Shown: in pieces, positions 29,301 to 44,300 of the stretch
How the letters are laid out: the number at the start of each line of letters is the position of its first letter
Numbering within the stretch: the stretch's first letter is position 1
Origin: Antedon mediterranea
Taxonomy: Eukaryota > Animalia > Echinodermata
Assembly (NCBI RefSeq): GCF_964355755.1
Contig: NC_092672.1
Span: 35,098,437-35,162,436 of the forward strand
Direction: 5' to 3'
Length of the DNA stretch: 64,000 nt
Program-made: the position numbers and the translations under genes
Notes under the pieces: model-generated
What the model was told of the DNA's origin: nothing
The model's input: the letters and a program-made list of their open reading frames with translations, nothing else
Databases searched by the model: none

Positions 29301-32300
29301 TGCACATTTTACATGAAAAGAAAAAATCAACAACATTCATAATCGAAACGTTGCGCTAAAATAACTATCCCTTAAATTGTAATTTTTATAAGCATATTGA
29401 AATTTTTGGCTTTAGAGACAAAATTTATGCTGCATAAAGTAAGAAACCTGAGAAAGAGCAATATCCATTGGCATTGCTCTTGTAATTGTTAGTGCTTAAA
29501 TCTTGTGGCTGAGTCCATACTTGATCACCTGATACCAGATCAAGTACCACCATTGTGCTTGCAGAATTGTACCCATCAGCACTCGTCCATGCAGATACTT
29601 GAGAATTCCCATTTTTCATTATTTTTGTTAGAACATTACTTCTACCATTTATTTTCATTGAATTTACCTGGAATACATAAACACCTGGAATTGCACAGAC
29701 GAACTTGCCGGTTTCGTTGTTGTAGTCATCTCCCACATTTGTAATTATTGTGTCGTACTTCATTGGGCTAACGGCATGACGACCTGGGTCTGATGTAAAA
29801 ACTACTGAAAAGGCAGATTTCTGCTGACTAGCTTGTTCACCCTTTTCTCCCTTTACACCCTTTGAACCTGGTAGTCCAATAAGACCTTGAGGTCCAGTTG
29901 GTCCTAATTTACCAGGAATCCCATCTAAGCCATTGCTTCCTTTATCTCCTTTCATTCCTTGTTCTCCTTTCATTCCTTGTTCTCCATTCATTCCGTGCTC
30001 TCCTTTCATTCCTTGTTCTCCTTTCGCTCCATTCATTCCTTGTGGCCCTGACACACCTGGATTACCATGATGTCCTGGAATGCCAGGAACCCCAGCTGTA
30101 CAACAGCTATTACAAGCTGCTGTATCAGTTTGAGCATAGGTGATACTAATTTGTATAGTAGCAATTGTGAAGAACATGTAAAATCTGAAATTGAATCAAA
30201 TTTATAATTTTGTTGGCATGTAAGGTCTATTACCAAGCATTTTTATAATATAAATGATAGAATTTGACAACCATATTAAAATTAAATTGCCATTTGTCAA
30301 TCAGACATATTACTATAGACTTCACTACTATCATGTGACACATTTTGTCAATCATACTATAGATTGACAAATGGCAATTTAATTTTAACATAGTTATCAA
30401 ATTTGATAAATTATATTAGTTTTGAAGTCTATAACAATTCAATTCAACAACAATTCAACAACAACATTTATTTAGAAACAGCTCAAGAAATAAAAGCAAT
30501 ATACATTAATTACAATTACTTAAAATGGTAACATTAAATAAGAACTGCTTCTGGGTTCAGAAAAAAAAGTAAAAGAACTTGTCAAATACCAAACCCTAAA
30601 CAAAACAAAAACAACAAAAAAACAACTGCATGTAGTTATGAATTATAATTCTAAAGAAATTCATGAATGTTTTAGATATTTCATTTAATAATTAAAAAAT
30701 CTAATTATGGTACATTATTTGTATTTGGAAATTTTTTAAATAGATTTTTAAAATATTTAAAGGTTTTTACAGCAAGTCGTTTCTATAGACAGTTCATTCC
30801 ATAACTTATGACCACCTACTGTAACCAAATAATTGAGACCTTTTCAGCCTTGTAAATGGTACTTCCAATCTTTTGGTATTTCTAAGCTGATAAAAACTTA
30901 CAGACTTAAAAACTATCAGATTGGTTTGCATTTTTTAATTATTCTAACTTGACAACCATTTTAAAGGCCAGGTGTGGTGAAGTATTTTTATAAATCTCAC
31001 ATTCCAGTATTAATTAGTATTTCCTATGTTTCTTTATTTTGTCCTGCCTTACATTTCAAATTATCCTTTAGGCGTCATCTACAAATTATTTCAGACCACA
31101 AATCAGCGTCCAGACGCGTTTTCTATTGTTTACCCAAAAACGCGTCTCAAAACCCGTCTGATTTGGCTGCGTCTAGACGCCAATATGCATGTTCGACTAT
31201 GGCCCCGCCCCTATATACGGCTGACTGCACATTTTTATACTGTGTACAAGTGAATTCATTGAGAGCGTGATATTAAATTATTATTTACAACTGGCAGTAA
31301 GACAAACAAATCAGTACAGGTATACCCTTTTACCGCCAACAGAGTATACTGTAAAGCGCAAATTTTCGTTTCTATTTATTTGCGACCTTTTATTTTTCTT
31401 GTGCTAAAGAGTGAATTTACCACATGCAAAAACGTTAAAGTTAACTTTTGGAACATGGAATCACTCAAACTATTGACCTACAGTACAGAAAGAAAATACT
31501 GCAACTTTACCTACGAAGTAGCTTCGTAGGCTACGTTGTTGGCTTCGTAGGTTCCATTGTTTGGCTTCGTAACCTCAATAAACAACTTTCAATGAACTAC
31601 GTTCTGAACTTCGTAGGGAGTTTGTAACCTAAATAAACAACCCTACGATGTTCTTAGTGAAGTCAGAAGGTGTGAAATTAATGTGTTAAATTTAACTGGC
31701 GGAGGACCAAGTTGTAAATATATAATATTTTTTAATCATAATCGTTTCCTTCGTGCGTGTTTACTTACTCAACGGCGAATATAAATATAAATTTCCCACG
31801 ATGTAAACGTAGAGACACGCGATCCAACACAGGTGAATCTCAACGAACAGGCCAACTAATAAACATATTATAGTGAACGTCCAGTCCATCCAGAACGATG
31901 CCGAGAAAAAAAGATCGTAAACAATTCATTCTAAATATAGCATCAGAACGTTCAATCGGTCGCGCAAAAAGACTGCCGACAGAAGACCGTAATAAATACA
32001 GACCTAGTTTTTTTGGTCACATGACGACGATAAAACAGTAATTACGATCGTGTACCTGGATTTTGTGTCACATGACATGAAACATAATACTCTCTTTCTA
32101 GCTCTAAACTGCTCACATGTTTTTTCCCCTCCAAATTCTGGTCGAGCCTTTTTCTTTACACATGTCGTAATCATTTTAAAAGGTCTAGGCCCTAGGCCTA
32201 TGTTAAATCTTAATATGGAATATATATTTATTTTTCATAGCCTAGGCCTAGGTGTCATTGTTTTTATAATTCGCTAACCCAAGGTAGGAGCGTTAAATAA

Positions 32301-35300
32301 TTTATAGGCCTAGTGTAGGCCGCCGAAACTAGGCTAGCCTAGACTTTCTTTTTCTCTGCATGAGCTGAGGTCCACAGGCCCGATGTCGTCTCATCGGCGA
32401 ATTTCGGTCCAAATTAGGATAAACCTAGGCCTAGTCTCAGATTTGTTGGTTCTGTGAAATGAAACCAATGTTGTTTCACCATACAAGCAATACAGACGGG
32501 TTTTAATCACTCAAACACGTTTTCTATTGTTTTACCTACTAAACAACGAAGACGGGTTTTAATCACACAGACGCGTCTTCGCCGCGATTGGGTAGCTCAT
32601 GAAAATTCATAATAGATCGTTAATGAGGTTCAGCATTGGACAGACGCGTCTGATGGGTTGCAAGTTTTCAGACGCGTCTCTGTGGTCTGAAATAATTTGT
32701 AGATGACGCCTTAGTACTATAAATTCAGAAACACATTTTTTGTACGTTTACTTTAACTAAGAACTTTGAAAAAAGTACATTAAACGAAAAATTGTTTTTG
32801 AGTTTTTCCGGAATGTCACAAAACTCATTTTGCTAAAGATTTTATAATATGGATGCTAAGATTATGACAAACATAAAATAGGGCAGCTAAGATAGTGAGA
32901 AATATAAAATAGGGCTGCTAAGATTGTGACAAATATAAAATAGGGCTGCTAAGATTATGACAAATATAAAATAGGGCTGGTAAGATTGTGACAAGTATAA
33001 AATAGGGCTGCTAAGATTGTGACAAATATAAAATAGAGCTGATAAGATTGTGACATTAGAACAGCTAAAAACACTAAATATAAAGATTTACTGTACTTAC
33101 CCAAGATACATGATTACTGTTTAAATGTTCTTGTATTTTCTCTTGATCAGTAAGTTGATGCTGTTTTCTGTTTTGTGCTGCTGCAGTAAATGTAACAATA
33201 TTGCTTGTCATGGTATTTATATGCGTCTCAATAATGTCTAAATGCAGACTAATCTTGTAAACATCACATATCTTACTATATATGGTATTTGATGCAATAC
33301 AACTCACATATCTTACTGTATATAGAATGCATTACAATATCACTTGTATGTCTTAATGTATGATGAACTCATAAAGGAATTTAATTGGCTAGATGACAGT
33401 AGGTTGTATGAGTTGATGACTTCACAGTAAATACCAACATGTAGAGAAATAGTAGGCTACAATTAATAAACAAAATTACACTCTAGTCATTATTTACCAA
33501 AGTATAAACATTTATTTACTCCAAATACATAGATTATTTCTTAATGTCTTACGTTTAATCAGTATTTTATCTACTGTTGCATTAATAATTATTAATAAAA
33601 TGTTGTTTTTTTATTTTCCTTTAGTTGTTGTTGTATTAATATCAAACTTGATGTAGAATTAAGATCAGTATACTAGTGGTGATTGTTGGATTTGTTCCCT
33701 CAAAAGATTAAATTAGATTTAATTAATTATATATTAATTATAATTTTGATTCATAATATATTTACCTAACCATAGCCCACATGTACTGAGTCTAAATATC
33801 TATGTATTTAAACATAAACTGTCAGAGTATGGTTTACATGATTAGTAAAATGTAATTAATCCAGAGGGATTGTGACTTTTGAAAAACAATTAATGGGTGA
33901 TCTTATTTTAATAGAAAAATGTCACATACAGGTGGTTCAACCATATTATACAGAAATCAGAAATACTATGAAATGTAGTAAGAAATTAATTTAAATGAAT
34001 AACCCTGAATTTCAAACTAGTGTATATTTATATAATAATATTATTAGTATTGGATAACATGCACATTTTAAAATATTTACAAAAAAAGAAAGAAGCATCA
34101 TCAAAAAGTCATGTTTGAATATTAAGTATCAACTAAAAGTTTAGAAAAATGTCATACAGGTGGTTCAACCATTGTATACAGAAATCAGAAATAATTTGAA
34201 ATGTGCTTAGAAATTAATTTACCTTTAATCCTGAATTTTAAACTAGTGTAAATTTATATACTTTTAGATACCATGCACATTTTAAAATATTTACACAAAA
34301 AAAGAAAGAAAAGTCATTCGTCATCGAAGGGTATTATGTATTAAGTATCCACAAAAAGTTTATTTTTATAAGAATTTAAGACTTTTAGCTTGAGTAGTAA
34401 CATTATGCTGCATAAAGTAAGAAACCTGAGAATGAGCAATATCTGTTGCCGTCACTGTAGTAATAGTTAGTGTTTGTATCACGTGGCTGAGTCCATACTT
34501 GATCACCTGATACCAGATCAAGAACCACCATTGTACTTATAGAATGATGCCCAGTATCACCTACATATGCAGTTACTTGGAAATTCCCATTTTTTATTAT
34601 TTGTGTTGAAACAATACCGCCACCACTTGATTTCAATGATGTGACTTGGAATACATAAACACCTGGAATTGTACAGACAAACTTGCCTGTTTCTTTGTTG
34701 TAGTGATTTCCTACATCTGTAATTATTGTGTTATACTTCATTGGGCTAACGGCATGACGACCTGGGTTAGTAGTAAAAACTACTGAAAAGGCAGATTTCT
34801 GCTGACTAGCTTGTTCACCCTTTACACTACCAATGAGGCCTTGAGGTCCTTGTTCACCCTTTTCTCCCTTTACACCATTTACACCTGATGGTCCAATGAG
34901 GCCTTGTGGTCCTAATTTACCAGGAATCCCATCTAATCCATTCCTTCCATTATCTCCTTTTATTCCTTGTTCTCCTTTCATTCCTACTTCTCCTTTTATT
35001 CCTTGTTCTCCTTTCACTCCATTCATTCCTTGTGGCCCTGACACACCTGGATTACCATGATTTCCTGGAATGCCAGGAACCCCAGCTGTACAACAGCTAT
35101 TACAAGCTGCTGTATCAGTTTGAGCATAGATGATACTAATTTGTATAGTAGCAATTGTGGAGAACATGTAAAATCTGAAATTGAATCAAATTTATAATTT
35201 TGTTGGCATGTCTATTACCAAGTGTTTTTTATAATATAAATGATAGAATTTGACAACCATGTTAAAATTAAATTGTCATTTGTGGCACATGCAAGGGAAA

Positions 35301-38300
35301 TCAGACACAAGTCGGAATTTTCAAAATTGTGATTTTCACAGATACTGAAACTACATAATCCAAGGTTTAAAATGCTGAAAAAAAATATCTTGATATCACA
35401 GTCTTAAGTTTTGGCTGTTGCAGTCAGTGTTTTGAGAAAAATGCTTTTAAAGTTAGGTAACAGAAAATAAACAGGGCGTTTAAGTTTATGCCTTAGCAAA
35501 AGGGTATTCTAATTGTTTTATTTCAATGGAACTTCGCACCTTTGTAAATTAACTATTAAGAATAAGGTCACAAACTATTTTTATAACTAGAATAAATTCC
35601 ACTAAAGATTTTATTATTTAAAATAGGGCTGCAAAATTGTGATAATTATGAAAAAAGGTAGTGCTGCTAAGATTATGACAACTATAAAATAGAGCTGCTA
35701 AGATTTTATTGGCAAATATAAAATAGGGCAGCTAAGATTTTATTGACAAAATATAAAATATGGCTGCTAAGATTGTGACAAATATAAAATAGGGCTGCTA
35801 AGATTGTGACAAATATAAAATAGGACTGCTAAGATTATGACAAATATAAAATAGGGCTGCTAAGATTGTGACAAATATAAAATAGGGCTGCTAAGATTAT
35901 GACAAATAGAAAATAGGGCTGCTAAGATTGTGACAAATATAAAATAGGGCTTCTAAGATTGTGACAAATATAAAATAGGGCTGCTAAGATTGTGACAAAT
36001 ATAAAATAGGGTTGCTAAGATTGTGACAAATATAAAATAGAGCTGCTAAGATTGTGACAAATATAAAATAGGGCTGCTAAGATTATGACAAATATGAAAT
36101 AGGGCTGCAAAGATTATGACAAATATAAAATAGGGCTGCTAAGATTGTGACAAATATAAAATAGGGCTGCTAAGATTATGACAAATATAAAATAGGGATG
36201 CTAAGATTGTGACAAATATAAAATAGGGTTCTAAGATTGTGAGAAATATAAAATAGGGCTGCTAAGATTGTGACAAATATAAAATAGGGCTGCTAAGATT
36301 GTGACAAATATAAAATAGGGATGCTAAGATTGTGACAAATATAAAATAGGGCTGCTAAGATTATGACAAATATAAAATAGGGCTGCTAAGATTGTGACAA
36401 ATATAAAATAGGGCTGCTAAGATTATGAAAAATATAAAATAGGCCTGCTAAGATTGTGACAAATATAAAATAGGGATGCTAAGATTGTGACAAATATAAA
36501 ATAGGGCTGCTACGATTATGAAAAATAGAAAATAGAGCTGCTAAGATAGTGACAAATATAAAATAGGGCTGCTAAGATTATGACAAATATAAAATAGGGC
36601 TGCTAAGATTATGACAAATATAAAATAGGGCTGCTCAGATTGTGACAATATAAAATAGGGCTGCTAAGATTGTGACAAATATAAAATAGGGCTGCTAAGA
36701 TTGTGACAAATATAAAATAGGGCTGCTAAGATTATGACAAATATAAAATAGGGATGCTAAGATTATGACAAATATAAAATAGGGCTGCTAAGATTGTGAC
36801 AAATATAAAATAGGGCTGCTAAGATTGTGACAAATATAAAATAGGGCTGCTAAGATAGTGACAAATATAAAATAGAGCTGCTAAGATTGTGACAAATATA
36901 AAATAGGGATGCTAAGATTGTGACAAATATAAAATAGGGATGCTAAGATTATGACAAATATAAATTAGGGCTGCTAAGATTGTGACAAATATGAAATAGG
37001 GCTGCTAAGATTGTGACAAATATAAAATAGGGCTGCTAAGATTGTGACAAATATAAAATAGGGCTGCTAAGATTGTGACAAATATAAAATAGGGCTGCTA
37101 AGATTGTCACAAATATAAAATAGGGCTGCTAAGATTGTGACAAATATAAAATAGGGATGCTAAGATTATGACAAATATAAAATAGGGCTGCTAAGATTAT
37201 GACAAATATAAAATAGGGCTGCTAAGATTATGACAAATATAAAATAGGGCTGCTAAGATTATGACAAATATAAAATAGGGCTGCTAAGATTATGACAAAT
37301 ATAAAATAGGGCTGCTAAGATTGTGACATTAAAACAGCTAAGAACACTAAATATAAAGATTTACTGTACTTACCCAAGATACATGATTACTGTTTAAATG
37401 TTCTTGTATTTTCTCTTGATCAGTAAGTTGATGCTGTTTTTCTGTTTTGTGCTGCTGCAGTAAATGTAACAATGTTGCTTGTCATGGTATTTATATGCGT
37501 CTCAATAATGTCTAAATGAAGACTAATCTTGTAAACATCACATATCTTACTGTATATGGTATTTGATGCAATACAACTCACATATCTTACTATATATGGT
37601 ATTTGATGCAATACAACTCACATATCTTACTGTATATAGAAGGCATTGCAATACCACTTGTATGTCTTAATGTATGATGAACTCATAAAGGAATTTAATT
37701 GGCTAGATGACAGTAGGTTGTATGGGTTGATGACTTCACAGTAAATACCAACATGTAGAGTAATAGTAGGCTACAATTAGTAAACAAAATTACACTCTAG
37801 TCATTATTTAATAAAGCATAAACATTTATTTACTCCAAATACATAGATTATTTCTTAATTTCTTAAGTTTAATCAGTATTAATAATAATTAATTAAAGTA
37901 AAATGTTGTTTTTTTATTTTCCTTTAGTAGTTGTTGTTTTAATATCAAACTTGATATAGAATTAAGATCAGTATACTAGTGGTGATTGTTGGATTTGTTC
38001 CCTCAAAAGATTAAATTAGATTTAATTAATTATATATTAATTTTAATTTTGATTCATAATATATTTACCTAACCATAGCCCACATGTACTGAGTCTAAAT
38101 ATCTATGTATTTAAACATAAACTGTCAGAGTATGGTTTACATGATTAGTAAAATGTAATTAATCCAGAGGGATTGTGACTTTTGAAAAACAATTAATGGG
38201 TGATCTTATTTTAATAGAAAAATGTCACATACAGGTGGTTCAACCATATTATACAGAAATCAGAAATACTATGAAATGTACTAAGAAATTAATTTAAATG

Positions 38301-41300
38301 AATAACCCTGAATTTCAAACTAGTGTATATTTATATAATAATATTATTAGTATTGGATAACATGCACATTTTAAAATATTTACAAAAAAAGAAAGAAGCA
38401 TCATCAGAAAGTCATGTTTGAATATTAAGTATCAACTAAAAGTTGTGTTTAGCAAAATGTCATACAGGTGGTTCAACCATTGTATATAGAAATCAGAAAT
38501 AATTTGAAATAAGCTTATAATTTAATTTACCTTTAATCTTGAATTTTAAACTAGTGTAAATTTATATACTGTTAGATACCATGCACATTTTTAAATATTT
38601 ACAAAAAAGAAAGAAAAATCTTACATTTGTCATCGTATGGTCATGTTAAAATATTAAGTATCAACTAAAAGTTGTGTTTTTTATAATAATTTAAGACTTT
38701 TAGCTTGAGTAGTAACATTATGCTGCATAAAGTAAGAAACCTGAGAATGAGCAATATCTGTTATCATCACTGTAGTAATAGTTATAGGTTGTACTATATG
38801 GCTGAGTCCATACTTGATCACCTGATACCAGATCAAGTACCACCATTGTGCTTACAGAATTATACCCAGTAGCACTTGTCCATGTAGATACTTGAAAACT
38901 CCCATTTTTCATAATTCTTGTTAAAACAGAACCACCACCACTTGATTTCATTGATGTGACTTGGAATACATAAACACCTGGAATTGCACAGACAAACTTG
39001 CCTGTTTCTTTGTTGTAGTGATTTCCTACATCTGTAATTATTGTGTTATACTTCATTGGGCTAACGGCATGACGACCTGGGTTTGATGTAAAAGCTACTG
39101 AAAAGGCAGATTTCTGCTGACTAGCTTGTTCACCCTTTACACTACCAATGAGGCCTTGAGGTCCTTGTTCTCCCTTTTCTCCCTTTACACCATTTACACC
39201 TGATGGTCCAATGAGGCCTTGAGGTCCTTTTGGTCCTAATTTACCAGGAATCCCATCTAATCCATTCCTTCCATTATCTCCAATTATTCCTTGTTCTCCA
39301 TTCATTCCGTGCTCTCCTTTTATTCCTTGTTCTCCTTTCACTCCATTCATTCCTTGTGGCCCTGACACACCTGGATTACCATGATTTCCTGGAATGCCAG
39401 GAACCCCAGCTGTACAACAGCTATTACAAGCTACTGTATCAGTTTGAGCATAGATGATACTAATTTGTATAGTAGCAATTGTGAAGATCATGTAAAATCT
39501 GAAATTGAATCAAATTTATAATTTTGTTGGCATGTCTATTTTTTTTATTTTATTTTATTTTATTTTATTACCATATTTACTGAGGGTAGCCTATCCAGTT
39601 CCTAATAGAACTGATCATTTAGGGGAGGGCCCTCGATAAAACAAACATACAGTACAACACATAAAATATTAAATATTCAAATGACATATTAAAATATATT
39701 AAAGGCTTAAAAATTTACAATGATTATATAAAATTCATATAAAAGTTAAAATCGTTGACAGATAAAAAAATATATAGAACAATATTAACTGGAAATAAAT
39801 TGTTTAAGTGTTTTTATAATATAAATGATAGAATTTGACAACCATGTTAAAATTGAATGGCCATTTGTGGCACATGCAAGGGAAATCAGACACAAGTCGG
39901 AATTTTCAAAATTAGCAAAAGGGTATTCTAATTGTTTTATTTCAATGAAACTTCGCACCTTTGTAAATTAACTATTAAGAATAAGGTCACATAAACTATT
40001 TTTATAACTAGAATAAATACCACTAAAGATTTTATTATATAAAATAGGGCCGCAAAATTGTGACAAATATGAAAAACTGTAGGGCTGCTAAGATTATGAC
40101 AAATATAAAATAGGGATGCTAAGATTGTGACAAATATAAAATAGGGCTGCTAAGATTGTGACAAATATAAAATAGGGCTGCTAAGATTGTGACAAATATA
40201 AAATAGGGCTGCTAAGATTGTGACAAATATAAAATAGGGCTGCTAAGATTATGACAAATATAAAATAGGGCTGCTAAGATTATGACAAATATAAAATAGG
40301 GCTGCTAAGATTGTGACAAATATAAAATAGGGCTGCTAAGATTGTGACAAATATAAAATAGGGCTGCTAAGATAGTGACAAATATAAACTAGATTTGAAC
40401 TCGTCACTTTGACGAGTTCGGGTTATCCGTGCAAACGCAACAAGCACATACGTCATAAAAATTAAAATATATGAACGCCGACAATTATTATGCCATCCTA
40501 TGACATGATTTAAATATGTTTACAGTGCTGAATTGTACCTATTTTGTAGCATACAGCATATTACAGTATTTACAGAATAGACTGTATGTTATATACAGTG
40601 TAGCATAGACGAAATTACGAGACCCATCTTTTAAATCCAATTATTAACACGATGACATCATCACATTGACATATAAAGATAACAATTTTAGAAGATAATT
40701 ATCTAAATAATTACATTAATACAAATTTGAAGAATTTTGAGCACGTAAAAGAGAGATGCGCTCTCGTTCAAACGCAATGAACTTTTACGCGAGAGATGAA
40801 AATATGACTTTTTGAATTCAACTGGCCATATGATGACGTCACAACATCTGATTGGCAAAATATTCACATCAATTCGTATCTACAATCCAATAGCTTCCAG
40901 AAAACGTTTTAATCATGATTATCACTTTTTAATCTGACGAGCTATAACAGATTGAAATTTACTGTAAAGATGAAAATAAGAATTTTTAGAGATACACGCG
41001 CAACAAAATTCTGGGAAAGAAAGAAGAATAAGAAAGAAAAAAAAAGAAAAAAAAAAAAAAGATCCTGACAATAACAAGGGGTTATCCGCCAAGTGCGGAT
41101 AACCAAATAGAGCTGCTAAGATTGTGACAAATATAAAATAGGGCTGCTAAGATTATGACAAATATAAAATAGGGCTGCTAAGATTGTGACAAATATAAAA
41201 TAGGGCTGCTAATATTGTTACAAATAAAAAATAGGGCTGCTAAGGTTTTATTGACAAATATAAAATAGGGCTGCTAAGATAGTGACAAATATAAAATAAG

Positions 41301-44300
41301 GCTGCTAAGATTGTGACAAATATAAAATAGGGCTGCTAAGATTGTGACAAATATAAAATAGGGCTGCTAAGATTGTGACAAATATAAAATAGAGCTGCTA
41401 AGATTGTGACAAATATAAAATAGAGCTGCTAAGATTGTGACAAATATAAAATAGAGCTGCTAAGATTTTGACAAATATAAAATAGGGCTGCTAAGATTGT
41501 GACAAATATAAAATAGAGATGCTAAGATTGTGACAAATATAAAATAGGGCTGCTAAGATTGTGACAAATATAAAATAGGGCTGCTAAGATTGTGACAAAT
41601 ATAAAATAGGGCTGTAAAGACTGTGACAAATATAAAATAGGGCTGCTAAGATTATGACAAATATAAAATAGGGCTGTTAAGATTGTGACAAATATAAAAT
41701 AGGGCTGCTAAAATTATGACAAATATAAAATAGGGCTGCTAAGATTGTGACAAATAAAAAATAGGGCTGTTAAGACTGTGACAAATATGAAATAGGGCTG
41801 CTAAGATTGTGACAAATATAAAATAGGGATGCTAAGATTGTGACAAATATATAAAATACGACTGTTAAGATTGTGACAAATATAAAATAGGGCTGCTAAG
41901 ATTGTGACAAATATAAAATAGGGCTGCTAAGATTGTGACAAATATAAAATAGGGCTGCTAAGATTGTGACAAATATAAAATAGGGCTGTTAAGATTGTGA
42001 CAAATATAAAATAGGGCTGCTAAGATTATGACAAATATAAAATAAGGCTGCTAAGATTGTGACAAATATAAAATAGGGCTGTTAAGATTGTGACAAATAT
42101 AAAATAGGGCTGCTAAGATTGTGACAAATATAAAATAGGGCTGTTAAGATTGTGACAAATATAAAATAGGGCTGTTAAGATTGTGACAAATATAAAATAA
42201 GGCTGCTAAGATTATGACAAATATAAAATAGGGCTGCTAAGATTGTGACAAATATAAAATAGGGCTGCTAAGATAGTGACAAATATAAAATAGGGCTGTT
42301 AAGATTGTGACAAATATAAAATAAGGCTGTTAAGATTGTGACAAATATAAAATAGGGCTGTTAAGATTGTGACAAATATAAAATAGGGCTGCTAAGATTA
42401 TGACAAATATAAAATAGGGCTGTTAAGATTGTGACAAATATAAAATAGGGCTGTTAAGATTGTGACAAATATAAAATAGAGCTGCTAAGATTGTGACAAA
42501 TATAAAATAGGGCTGCTAAGATTGTGACAAATATAAAATAGGGCTGCTAAGATTGTGACAAATATAAAATAGAGCTGCTAAGATTGTGACAAATATAAAA
42601 TAGGGCTGCTAAGATTGTGACAAATATAAAATAGGGATGCTAAGATTGTGACAAATATAAAATAGGGCTGCTAAGATTGTGACAAATATAAAATAGGGCT
42701 GCTAAGATTGTGACAAATATAAAATAGGGCTGCTAAGATTGTGACAAATATAAAATAGGGATGCTAAGATTGTGACAAATATAAAATAGGGCTTCTAAGA
42801 TTGTGACAAATATAAAATAGGGCTGCTAAGACTATGACAAATATAAAATAGGGCTGCTAAGATTGTGACAAATATAAAATAGGGCTGCTAAGATAGTGAC
42901 AAATATAAAATAGGGCTGCTAAGATTGTGATAAATATAAAATAGGGCAGCTAAGATTGTGACAAATATAAAATAGGGCTGCTAAGATTGTGACAAATATA
43001 AAATAGGGCTGCTAAGATTGTGACAAATATAAAATAGGGCTGCTAAGATTGTGACAAATATAAAATAGGGCTGCTAAGATTGTGACAAATATAAAATAGG
43101 GCTGCTAAGACTATGACAAATATAAAATAGGGATGCTAAGATTGTGACAAATATAAAATAGGGCTGCTAAGATTGTGACAAATATAAAATAGGGCTGCTA
43201 AGATTGTGACAAATATAAAATAGGGCTGCTAAGATTGTGACAAATATAAGATAGGGCTGCTAAGATTGTGACAAATATAAAATAGGGCTGCTAAGATTAT
43301 GGGAAATATAAAATAAGGCTGCTACGATTATGACAAATATAAAATAGGGCTGCTAAGATTGTGACCAATATAAAATAGGGCTGCTAAGACTATGACAAAT
43401 ATAAAATAGGGATGCTAAGATTGTGACAAATATAAAATAGGGCTGCTAAGATTGTGACAAATATAAAATAGGGCTGCTAAGACTATGACAAATATAAAAT
43501 AGGGGTGCTAAGATTGTGACAAATATAAAATAGGGCTGCAAAGATTATGACAAATATAAAATAGGGCTGCTAAGACTATGACAAATATAAAATAGGGCTG
43601 CTAAGACTATGACAAATATAAAATAAGGCTGCTAAGATTGTGACAAATATAAAATAGGGCTGCTAAGATTGTGACAAATATAAAATAGAGCTGCTAAGAT
43701 TGTGACAAATATAAAATAGGGCTGCTAAGATTGTGACAAATATAAAATAGGGCTGCTAAGATTGTGACAAATATAAAATAGGGCTGCTAAGATTGTGACA
43801 AATATAAAATAGGGCTGCTAAGATTATGACAAATATAAAATAGGGCTGTTAAGATTATGACAAATATAAAATAGGGCTGCAAAGATTATGACAAATATAA
43901 AATAGGGCTGCTAAGATTGTGACAAATATAAAATAGGGCTGTTAAGATTATGACAAATATAAAATAGGGCTGCAAAGATTATGACAAATATAAAATAGGG
44001 CTGCTAAGACTATGACAAATATAAAATAAGGCTGCTAAGATTGTGACAAACATAAAATAGGGCTGTTAAGATTGTGACAAATATAAAATAGGGCTGCAAA
44101 GATTATGACAAATATAAAATAGGGCTGCTAAGACTATGACAAATATAAAATAGGGCTGCTAAGATTGTGACAAACACAAAATAGGGCTGTTAAGATTGTG
44201 ACAAATATAAAATAGGGCTGCTAAGATTGTGACAAATATAAAATAGGGCTGCTAAGATTGTGACAAATATAAAATAGGGATGCTAAGATTGTGACAAATA

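Noticed and set aside
29898-30143. Leu-rich plus-strand ORFs (also 34906, 39230)
   Set aside because: Antisense shadows of collagen codons.
33074-33307. Repeated ORF SCIASNTIYSKICDV.. (also 37420-37611, 44882-45106)
   Set aside because: Duplicated C1q promoter and 5' UTR; frameshifted between copies and out of frame with the C1q exon.
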